From the NCBI GenBank assembly GCA_963723125.1, contig CAVRPQ010000009.1:3045-67044 (forward strand): a stretch of DNA of 64,000 bases, in the 5' to 3' direction. The position numbers and the translations under genes are program-made. Of the stretch, positions 57,301-64,000 are shown piece by piece; position 1 is the stretch's first letter, and each line of letters opens with the position of its first letter. The notes beneath the pieces were generated by a model. The model was not told where the DNA came from. It searched no databases and was given only the letters and a program-made list of their open reading frames with translations. Origin of the DNA: an uncultured bacterium. GTDB taxonomy: Bacteria; Verrucomicrobiota; Verrucomicrobiia; Limisphaerales; UBA11358.

Positions 57301-58048
57301 TTGCCATTCCAACCACCAATTGAGCGCTCGTATAATTTTGGCTGGTGACGATATTGTATTCTTCCAAAATATTAAGAACACTCGACGCATTGCTCCCGAA
57401 CGCGGATTGCAAACTCGAAAAACCACCGCTCGCGTCTTGATAAAGAGAGACAAAATCTCCAACTTGTATGGCAGCGTCCGAATCATCCAGCACCGAAGAC
57501 AAATCTCCGGTTATCATGTTAATGACAGTTGCAACATTAACTGCGGTTGCCAAATCAATCCCCGCTTCTTGCTGCCACTCGCTTTGATGAACCTGTTGGA
57601 AATCGGTCTGTTCGAGGTTCATTTCAGATTGCTGGTTCAAGTTTGAATTCCAATACTGCATATAAGACCAGACCAACGCCTCTTGAAGCATTGATTGAAA
57701 CTGCGGGGAATTTGGGGCAACGAACGTGCTGGGACCGTCTTGCGCAACCCCGTTTGAATTCACAACAATCTGTACCACGACTGATGCAATGGGGTTATTG
57801 GAATTCATAATGGCGTCATAGAGATAAGCCGCTTGCGGATCGGCATAATTCCCCGCCAAATTGTTCACCAAATTGTTGTAAAGATTTCCGTCAACCCCGA
57901 TGAAATATAGCCGCACCTGTTGGTTTTGATAGTTGCCGTAAAGGTTAAACCCGGTCGCACCGCAAGGATTGGACTGCGCTTGACATTCGCTCACGGATAA
58001 TGTGAGCATTGCCATTACACTCGCAATTGTAACCATTCTAAGTTTCAT
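54398..58048 (-). CDS. giant secreted protein: N-terminal unknown region, an IPT/TIG-like domain, choice-of-anchor-D-like domains, about 9 GloVer repeats, and a C-terminal beta-sandwich (..RFYRIVEF)
   Basis: Tandem ~34-aa units DGNFYGTT..GG....GT.FRITP.G..T.L.SF. Signal peptide MKLRMVTIASVMAMLTLSVSECQA. Confidence 0.8.
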   Translation of the reverse strand: MKLRMVTIASVMAMLTLSVSECQAQSNPCGATGFNLYGNYQNQQVRLYFIGVDGNLYNNLVNNLAGNYADPQAAYLYDAIMNSNNPIASVVVQIVVNSNGVAQDGPSTFVAPNSPQFQSMLQEALVWSYMQYWNSNLNQQSEMNLEQTDFQQVHQSEWQQEAGIDLATAVNVATVINMITGDLSSVLDDSDAAIQVGDFVSLYQDASGGFSSLQSAFGSNASSVLNILEEYNIVTSQNYTSAQLVVGMANLNPNQLAQFESDFYTAAYPGNTLKPDAQQYVTTFLENAGASAEQLGISAAASGAEAFYEAYTIGEIPGDASAAAGEAVSQAGSYFADGLPALAAWSAASTIMQVYVTPQSDILQEMVYCQNTLTTNLFPELNTTSSEMMGNNGFANFDDGFAFAADIEAISSFEALWCNLGAQEETNQIIQTQLQQYITLGPAFNGRVAGMYSILVAASSISQNFANQSAGIFTPVVNGLSQNNGPLGYEFTISGANFCNAVAVYFNNTPAWFQVNSSTSISTVAPAGTGTVDIRVVGPGGVSQINANDKFTYGTTSPSPTNKVISLTGNLAFGNVTIGTSAQRILTIGNTGNTNLTVNSIIYTNANGFNGNWTGIISAGASTNVTVTFSPTLTTGYDGNVTVDSDANGGINVISASGTGVASSSGPTAIIELIPWSDTDFGDVQVNSSAAGVVAIYNAGNEVLHVFSINYPTGFSGNCNSAYITPGSEVIDTITFTPSAVMPYGGMMTVTTDATSGATNLTLSGTGVGPQPPSTNEIPVNAFESLHSFNNYDGNDPVGALTLGNDGAFYGTTYRGGTKPNGNISGWGTVFRIAPSGGTNFLSLYSFPDYNLSSSGPGTNGGNPWAGLVLGTDGNFYGTTQIDPNFYAGTIFRITPVGALTILHTFNDVDGEVPWGLVEGRDGNFYGTTESANATSGQFGNVFCITSSGAFTNLFYFTNNVGEAPFAGLVLGTDGNFYGTTTLAGATGNGTAFKIADDGTFTSLVSFTNGTSYSSLVEGNDGNFYGTTSSTIFRMTPNGTLTTLYSFTGGLDGSLAYGGLVLSSDGNFYGTTAQGGISNYGTIFRITPNGSFTTLHWFQGNDGRKPMAAMIQGPDGNLYGTTENGGTNGDFGTVFRLVIPPVVQPLALAGNKITLTWSLVPGQIYQVQYASDLTSGNWSNLTSQLTPSFNTLSVSDFISATNQQRFYRIVEFPEAW

Positions 58049-58103
58049 AACAATGTTCTCCACATACCTAATGGCATCCCAAAAACGACTTGTGCCAACT
58101 TTT

Positions 58104-59201
58104 TTACAACTTGCTGATTGACGCTGCCAGTTGCGCCAGTGGGCCAGGGCAGAGAATCAATACCCAAACTGCTGAAAGCGTGGCAAATTTGCGGATCCCC
58201 GTGAATTCTGATAAAATAGCAAAATCAGGTGCTAACAATTCCCCAAAAAATTCCCGAAATTCTTTGCTGAATTTGAAGCGTAACTGCAAATTCTTTATGA
58301 CCGCAGTCTGCATGATGAAAAGCAACGCGAGCCAGACCGAGTATAGATATGACCAGAAGGTAAAACCATAATCCAACGCGTGACCAAACACCCAAATTGC
58401 CGTTGCAGCACTCACAACCATGCTGAATCGAATGGCTGCCTGACAACACTCGAAATAAAGCAGTTTCCTTTGTTGGGAATTCAAACTGCTGGGGTATTTC
58501 CCACGAATGATGCCCATGAGTCCGTATAACCACCAGAATTGAGCAAAGCCGGCAACCATCATGCTTGCTTTCGCAATGGTAGCATAAAGAAAAATAAGTT
58601 GCGGATAAGGGTAATAATAAAGCCCCCAATAACTATGCGCGTGCGGAAACCAGCGCAAATTGCCATGATAGTAAATATATTGGCCTCCTAAAAAAACGGT
58701 CAAAACACAAGCCGTGGCAGCCCACGTTCGCAAAACCCATTGTCCTTTTCGTTGGCCAGAAATTCTCCATCTCACAATCCACCCCCAATAGGCAGGTGCC
58801 AAAAATCTGCGCAACCAGATTAGGCGGGTTCCGGTATTTTTGATTCGCGCCGCGGCTAAAATTGCTATCAAACGAGACTTGCGAATGTGATAAAGCATGA
58901 AAGTTGTGAATATAAATTCGCCGATTTGTTCTCCTCCGAAGGAAAAATAACCTGCGTTTGGGTAAAGTTTGGGCACATCAATCAAAAAAATGAATCCGAC
59001 CCAAATGGCCGAATAGAGGACGAAGTGAACCATCCACCAAGGAACATGAACCGACCGCCCGATTCCATCCAGAAATCGTTCCAAAAAATGTTTGTAAAGA
59101 TTGGAATTCGAGAGCGCAATAATGATGCTGGCCTCTTCATTCAAATCAGCGGTGATGAAATTGGCTGATTGAGATTTTGGTGTTTCGTCTGGCGGGTTCA
59201 T
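58104..59201 (-). CDS. polytopic membrane protein of unknown function, possible sigma-factor partner
   Basis: Eight or more hydrophobic spans. It starts 16 nt downstream of the sigma-factor gene. Confidence 0.5.
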   Translation of the reverse strand: MNPPDETPKSQSANFITADLNEEASIIIALSNSNLYKHFLERFLDGIGRSVHVPWWMVHFVLYSAIWVGFIFLIDVPKLYPNAGYFSFGGEQIGEFIFTTFMLYHIRKSRLIAILAAARIKNTGTRLIWLRRFLAPAYWGWIVRWRISGQRKGQWVLRTWAATACVLTVFLGGQYIYYHGNLRWFPHAHSYWGLYYYPYPQLIFLYATIAKASMMVAGFAQFWWLYGLMGIIRGKYPSSLNSQQRKLLYFECCQAAIRFSMVVSAATAIWVFGHALDYGFTFWSYLYSVWLALLFIMQTAVIKNLQLRFKFSKEFREFFGELLAPDFAILSEFTGIRKFATLSAVWVLILCPGPLAQLAASISKL

Positions 59202-59216
59202 ATTCCTACATTCTGG

Positions 59217-59840
59217 TTACACGGTGACAGGGAAGCCCAATTTTTCGCACAACGGCTTCCAGAACTGGCGAATTTTGTCCCGGTAACGCGCCACACTTCT
59301 CCTGGGTATGCCTGTGATTTTACCGATGTCATCCAGAGATGGGGGCTTTTCACCGTTCCGAAAGTGTTCCAGCATAACCATGCCAACTTGCTGGTGCGAT
59401 TCGTCAAGGTCTGCCAACCGTTTCTCCAGAACTGGCCAGAGTTCTTGTTCGAGATCTTTATCACAGAGTTCGTCATACGGCGTTTTATCGTTCTCGCTCA
59501 CTATATTGTTAATGTCTTCAGGCGCGTTATTTGTGCCAGAAATCTCGTCTTTTTTTCTGTCGGCTCTTTTCCGCTCTTTGGCGATGTTGGAAATAAACGC
59601 CTTTATCCAAGGCGCGAATTTATAGGGAGAGCGAAACTCGTTAAACCTTGCAAAAGATTTTAGGTATGCCTCTTGCAGAAGGTCTTTGGCCAACTCATCA
59701 GCTAGACCAGTCTTCCCGCAACTGCGCAAAGCATGAGACAACAACTCACTTTGATACCGGCTGAAAAGCAAATTGCCAGATTCAATGTCGCCCGATTGAA
59801 CCAACTTTGCCAATTCTTCGTCTGAAGGCTGGGCGTCCAT
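59217..59840 (-). CDS. sigma-70 family (ECF-type) RNA polymerase sigma factor
   Basis: Region 2-like DLLQEAYLKSFARFNEF....FAPWIKAFISNIAKE and a region 4 HTH LDDIGKITGIPRRSVARYR. Confidence 0.65.
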   Translation of the reverse strand: MDAQPSDEELAKLVQSGDIESGNLLFSRYQSELLSHALRSCGKTGLADELAKDLLQEAYLKSFARFNEFRSPYKFAPWIKAFISNIAKERKRADRKKDEISGTNNAPEDINNIVSENDKTPYDELCDKDLEQELWPVLEKRLADLDESHQQVGMVMLEHFRNGEKPPSLDDIGKITGIPRRSVARYRDKIRQFWKPLCEKLGFPVTV

Positions 59841-59982
59841 AGGGCTTTACAGAATGCCGTTTAGTTGAAAATACCAGCCTCTTTTTATGCCTGTTCCTAG
59901 CCTTCGCAAGGAATTTTTTAGTTGATTGCATTGTGATGTTGGTGCAACCGATAGCGGGCCAAGTGGTTTCCAACAAACGTCT

Positions 59983-60339
59983 TTAATTAAGCGCCGTCTC
60001 TGATTCAAAACCGATAGCCTTGTGCACTGTCACGACAATTTCCCGAATTTTCGGCTGATTTTCAGCAATCAGCGCATGATATTTCTCCGGCAATTTCATT
60101 ATGCCGGACAATTCCAGCCGGTGTATGGCCGTTTCAATCCGCCGCAAGACGTGGCCGGAAATTAAAATTTCATGCGTGGCGAAAACCAGACGCAGTTTTT
60201 GCTCCTTGTCCTCGCTGACCAATTCGGCAAACACGAATTGATCCAGCGGCAGCACGAGCAAACGTGTTGCCGTCATTTCGACGCGCAAGCAACGCGCCTG
60301 TGAATCAGTGGTGTAACATTCGGGCGTTTTGGTGTTCAT
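59983..60339 (-). CDS. small conserved relaxase-associated protein (118 aa)
   Basis: Paralog of 2091..2447 in the same position relative to the relaxase. Confidence 0.7.
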   Translation of the reverse strand: MNTKTPECYTTDSQARCLRVEMTATRLLVLPLDQFVFAELVSEDKEQKLRLVFATHEILISGHVLRRIETAIHRLELSGIMKLPEKYHALIAENQPKIREIVVTVHKAIGFESETALN

Positions 60340-63115
60340 GTTTCTGTCTTGGTTGAGAATGACGACGGGATTGTTTCAATCTGCAAAACGTATCCGCGGC
60401 ATGTCGGCCAATACGCAGGAGATAGCCATGCAGCCGGTCCCAAAGCGGATTACGATTAAACGGACGCAGGCGACCAGCAAATTCCAACGCCAAGGGTCTG
60501 TGACCGGAACGCGCCAGATTCTCGCGCAGTTGTTCTTTGTCCGGCGTGAAAATGCGGACGCCGCGCCGCCCGCGCGAAATGGTGACATACCATTGTTGCG
60601 CATTGGTTGCGGCCTTGATGGTGGAATCAGAAAAAAGAACATAATCCACGGTCTTGCCCTGTGAACCATAGGACGTGACGGCGTAGCCGGGAAGAAATTC
60701 CCGAAAACTTTTGTCCAAAATGCGACCGTCAGTCAGTTCAATTTTCCCGTCGGCGAGAGCCGATTTCACTGTGACCAATTCACCATTTGTAACGCGAGCG
60801 CCAGAGGCTAGGTTGCGATTGGCCTTCAAATGCAATTTGTCGCCTTGCGCGACCGGAATTTCGCGCGGCAGGCAGACGGTGATTTTATTCACCACCTTGT
60901 TTGACACGGTGACGCACTTGCCGTCAATCTCGACGAGCACACCGGCCTTGACGATGCCCGCCAGTTTCCCGCGCACCCCAGGCTCGGCCTGTCGTACCTT
61001 CTGATTGAATACGATCACCGCATCTTGCGGATAAAATCGTTTATCGCGCTTTTGTGCGTTCGTTAAATCCAGCTTGTCCAATGCCTGAACGGTGACATCA
61101 TTTGCGCCGAGCAATCCCTTTCCTTTAAGCGCATCACGCACCTTTGAATTGACGCGATGCACTTCCGCCCAAGTCTGCGACACCACCACGGCAGAAGCTT
61201 TTTCTTCTGTCAGGCGGACGTATTCATCGGCCAGCTTGTCCGCCTGTTCCCCCAATCCGCAGGGAACGACCGCGCCCATCTTGTCCAACCGTTCAAACGA
61301 TTCAGCAAGTTTGCCCGCCGCCGCCACTTCGACAGCCTTGCGATATTGCTTAATCTTGGAACTTTCCTTTTTGCTACGCCCGCGCGCCGGGTCCTGGCGG
61401 CGGATTGTGTGTAGTTCAACCGGCTTGACACCGGAATACCGCTCAATGGCTAGCAACGCATCCGACGCTTCAATCGCTCCGTGCTGGCGCGTGTCGCCCG
61501 ACAAAATCACCCGCGCGTTGCGCTCACGCGCCAGCCGGAGCAGTTCAGACATTTGCCGACCACCAATCTGTCCGGCCTCGTCCACAACGACCACCGCACC
61601 TTCGACCAGTTCATGTTTGAGCAGAAAACTTGTTAGCGTCGTCGGCGACGGAAATTCCGCTTGTTCCATTGCCACGACTTGCTGGCGTTGCGGCGCAAGG
61701 GCGACCACGCGCCTGCCCGATTGCCGGACCCGCTCGACCAGCTCATGCAGGACAAAACTTTTGCCCGTGCCCGCGCCGCCACGGAATAGCGAAACCGCAT
61801 TGGTGGAACGTAGCAGCGCATCCAGAGCCGACAGTTGCTCCTCATCCAATTTTGGATCTGCCGTATAGGAATGTTCCACCAGTGGCCGGCAATTGCCCGC
61901 ACCGTCCTTGACGGTTTGAACAATCTCTATTTCCCGCAACAGCACTTCCCGCAAAGTCACTTCGGCGGGACGTTCTGAATTGCGAATATATGGACGCTGG
62001 CGCGTGAATTCCTTGAGTTCTGCGACGGAGAAATTTTCGCCCCGTCCCCGTTCCAGTGCTTGTTGCCACAATTGACATTCCAGCGCGACCGAATTGCGGT
62101 CGAACAGATGATCTTCCGACCACTGGACGGCCTCGCTTACGCTCATCCGGTCGCCGGCGGCTTTTTCCGAATGGCCCGGAGGCTGGCGCAAGGCAGCGCG
62201 TTCGGCTTCACTCAACTGCGAATTCCACAATTTTTGCAATTCTGCCTGACTCAAATCCTTGTGTTTTTTGGCGCGTGTCTCAACCGCCAGTTGAGCACGC
62301 AACGCTTTGAAATTCGCACCCGCCAATTCTGGTTTCTCGGCAAGCAGTTTCGCCAATGCCTTGTCAATTTCCGAATCCCGTTTGGAAAAGCGTTCGCAAA
62401 CCGCTTCCGAAATGCCCTCGATTTGAAAATCACCGCGCGCCAGGTTGCGAATCGCATAACCGAACCCACGCAGCCTGCGGGCAAGCTCATGGTAATAGAC
62501 GTTCTCGGCGAATTTCCGCGCCCGCAGCAGTTCATAATTTTGCAGCGCCTTCCACCGATTTTCGGCGGCATCAAAGGTTGCGTTGAAAACGATGCAGTGC
62601 GTATGCAAATGCGGGTCTAATGCGCGGGACGTATCGTGTGTGAACATGGCGGCGACAAAATTGCCGGTGGAACGGTCACAATTTGCCTTGCCGATCCGAA
62701 CGCGCGTTGTGGCGAAGGCTTCAAATTCCTTCATCGCCGAGCGGACGGCCTGTGCATGGGCTTCCAAAATCCGTTCATCCGCGCCGACCAGTGCCGCGAC
62801 CGAAACTGATTTGGGTGGCGAGAACGTGAAATCATAAAAAATCCGGCGATTGGCTGTGTTGTCACAAGCTTCATCCATTCGCGTGGTATTCAGCCGTTGC
62901 GTCAACGTTTCGCCTGAAGCCGGATGCCGGTTCTCACAGAGATGCAGAAATGCTTCCGCCCCGACTTTGCTGGCCAAGCCAAGCCGTTCCGCTCCCAAGC
63001 CAAACCACTGGCCGGCCACCCGCTGCCCTTCATCATAGTATTCACCCACGCAAAGATGCTCCTCAAAGTATTCCTTTGCGTTCTTCAAATTGTATTGTGT
63101 CTTGACCGTAACCAC
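60305..63115 (-). CDS. complete MobF-family relaxase-helicase (TrwC/TraI-like, 936 aa; GTG start in the ORF track)
   Basis: N-terminal relaxase motifs (YY in GEYYDEG; HDTSRALDPHLHTHCIVFN histidine triad). C-terminal helicase GGAGTGKS, VVVDEAGQIG. Confidence 0.9.
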   Translation of the reverse strand: MVTVKTQYNLKNAKEYFEEHLCVGEYYDEGQRVAGQWFGLGAERLGLASKVGAEAFLHLCENRHPASGETLTQRLNTTRMDEACDNTANRRIFYDFTFSPPKSVSVAALVGADERILEAHAQAVRSAMKEFEAFATTRVRIGKANCDRSTGNFVAAMFTHDTSRALDPHLHTHCIVFNATFDAAENRWKALQNYELLRARKFAENVYYHELARRLRGFGYAIRNLARGDFQIEGISEAVCERFSKRDSEIDKALAKLLAEKPELAGANFKALRAQLAVETRAKKHKDLSQAELQKLWNSQLSEAERAALRQPPGHSEKAAGDRMSVSEAVQWSEDHLFDRNSVALECQLWQQALERGRGENFSVAELKEFTRQRPYIRNSERPAEVTLREVLLREIEIVQTVKDGAGNCRPLVEHSYTADPKLDEEQLSALDALLRSTNAVSLFRGGAGTGKSFVLHELVERVRQSGRRVVALAPQRQQVVAMEQAEFPSPTTLTSFLLKHELVEGAVVVVDEAGQIGGRQMSELLRLARERNARVILSGDTRQHGAIEASDALLAIERYSGVKPVELHTIRRQDPARGRSKKESSKIKQYRKAVEVAAAGKLAESFERLDKMGAVVPCGLGEQADKLADEYVRLTEEKASAVVVSQTWAEVHRVNSKVRDALKGKGLLGANDVTVQALDKLDLTNAQKRDKRFYPQDAVIVFNQKVRQAEPGVRGKLAGIVKAGVLVEIDGKCVTVSNKVVNKITVCLPREIPVAQGDKLHLKANRNLASGARVTNGELVTVKSALADGKIELTDGRILDKSFREFLPGYAVTSYGSQGKTVDYVLFSDSTIKAATNAQQWYVTISRGRRGVRIFTPDKEQLRENLARSGHRPLALEFAGRLRPFNRNPLWDRLHGYLLRIGRHAADTFCRLKQSRRHSQPRQKHEHQNARMLHH

Positions 63116-63146
63116 GGAGAGCAGCCTGCCAAAAAACCGGATTCAC

Positions 63147-63167
63147 TTTGTTTCATTTTGAAACAAA
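63147..63167. promoter_or_regulatory. perfect 9-bp inverted repeat (tttgtttca-ttt-tgaaacaaa) 32 bp upstream of the relaxase start; oriT or operator candidate
   Basis: Read directly from the sequence. The position fits that of MobF oriT inverted repeats, but no nic site was identified. Confidence 0.35.
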
Positions 63168-63264
63168 ACAGCCAACAGAAATTGATTGAATGGCAGGCAT
63201 GAAAATAAACCAGTCCACGTCTCCCGTGCTGAAGCGAAAGAACGTGGCCAACGCACGCTAATAT

Positions 63265-63519
63265 ATGATGACACCAACCACCGCTGAATTGCGCACCGCC
63301 ATCGAGGTTTTGAAGATGCTCGGCCGGCGCCTCGATGACCACGCCGCCCATTCCGTCATGCAACTGCCGGAAACGGAATTGGGCGACCGATACGCCGCGC
63401 ACATCGAAGCGCAAACCATCGAACAAACGAGCCACATCGAAAAGGTCTCCATGCAGTTACAAAACTGGCGGGATGAACTGTTGCAACAGCAGAAAAAGCA
63501 AATTGCCCAATCAGTATGA
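63265..63519 (+). CDS. small helical protein of unknown function (84 aa), divergent from the relaxase
   Basis: ATG start and a clean ORF with heptad-like composition. No recognisable motif. Confidence 0.45.
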   Translation: MMTPTTAELRTAIEVLKMLGRRLDDHAAHSVMQLPETELGDRYAAHIEAQTIEQTSHIEKVSMQLQNWRDELLQQQKKQIAQSV

Positions 63520-63570
63520 GAAAGGACTTTTTTACAAAACAAGCCTTACCCCTTGCAAGGGCAAGGTTTT

Positions 63571-63800
63571 CGCGTTGCGCGAATGTTGCAACAAATGTTG
63601 CCGGCAGCAAACGCATTCGCGTTGCGTGCAATGTTGCATGGGATGTTGCGTCAAATGCTGCCGCAGGAGAGCACTACCGCATTGCGTCCGGTGGCGCAAT
63701 AAATGTTGTCCAAGTGAAGCGCATCCGCGCACTCAATGTTGCGCCAGGCGTTGCGTCGCTGATGCACCGACTGTTCGCCAACTCGTTGCCTCCACTGTTG
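63571..63800. repeat. GTTGC iteron field, including a ~47-bp tandem duplication (63571-63617 / 63618-63666)
   Basis: Ten or more exact GTTGC cores, mostly as (A/G)ATGTTGC or CGCGTTGCG, within 230 bp. Confidence 0.7.
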
Positions 63801-63808
63801 CCTCGATT

Positions 63809-64000
63809 ATGAACAAGTTTGTTATCTCGACTGATGCGTTAAATCGTTTCCGCAATGCTGCGTCGCAAGTTGCGCGCGGTGTTGCGTCGCCTGTTTCGCG
63901 CTGGTTGCCGGTCAAGGATGACATTTCGGCACTCCGTAAACGCGGCCTATCCTACCGGGCCATTAGTGACCTGCTTTCACAGAACGGCATCAACGCATCA
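63809..64000 (+). CDS. partial CDS (64 codons, runs off the window) with an HTH-like segment
   Basis: ATG at 63809 with no stop before the window end. The segment ALRKRGLSYRAISDLLSQNGI resembles a resolvase/Hin-type HTH. Confidence 0.45.
   Translation, partial: MNKFVISTDALNRFRNAASQVARGVASPVSRWLPVKDDISALRKRGLSYRAISDLLSQNGINAS

Noticed and set aside
63516-63812. 98-aa ORF covering the GTTGC field
   Set aside because: It has a repetitive NVA/VAS-type composition dictated by the iterons and overlaps the tandem 47-bp units. It is more parsimoniously read as non-coding binding-site DNA.

Overview
Mosaic accessory region of about 64 kb, probably from a Verrucomicrobia-like genome (inferred from a GloVer-repeat giant protein and FYRI/FFRL-type C-terminal domains).

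Layout:
1. A 5'-truncated MobF relaxase plus a small partner ORF (2-2447, +).
2. A six-gene minus-strand string of exported, HEAT and ankyrin proteins plus a glycosidase-like enzyme (2601-9347).
3. A 3' stub of a third relaxase-partner gene, followed by a hairpin-rich non-coding stretch ending in a terminator (9972-10327).
4. A 17-gene minus-strand array (10389-22908) of mostly exported proteins. Their 5' ends share a nucleotide-conserved cassette of about 45 nt encoding the signal peptide M-N/K-P-K-L-L-L-C-L-A-L-V-L-S-G. Many stop and start codons overlap as ATGA, there are orphan cassette mini-ORFs, and one gene carries a cassette fused onto a second signal peptide.
5. A defence and mobility island: a large nuclease-plus-P-loop NTPase (23203-28272), RadC/JAB, a tRNA-like stub, a tyrosine integrase, and a type I-G (formerly I-U) CRISPR-Cas locus (cas3, csx17, cas7, csb2, cas4-cas1, cas2) with 24-25 repeats. 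In that locus csx17 and cas7 each carry about five frameshifts while their neighbours are intact. A Wadjet jetABCD operon follows, then a PUR-like plus PIN-like gene pair.
6. A LemA fusion protein, a 1.2-kaa GloVer-repeat protein, and an ECF-type sigma factor with a polytopic membrane partner.
7. A complete second MobF relaxase module in inverted orientation (59983-63115), with an upstream hairpin and a GTTGC iteron field.

The least explained signals are the repeated signal-peptide cassette architecture, the 120-140 bp direct repeats that bracket the CRISPR-Wadjet block, the clustered frameshifts, and the uncharacterised nuclease-NTPase and PUR/PIN genes.

All homology calls come from motif recognition by eye. 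No searches were run.
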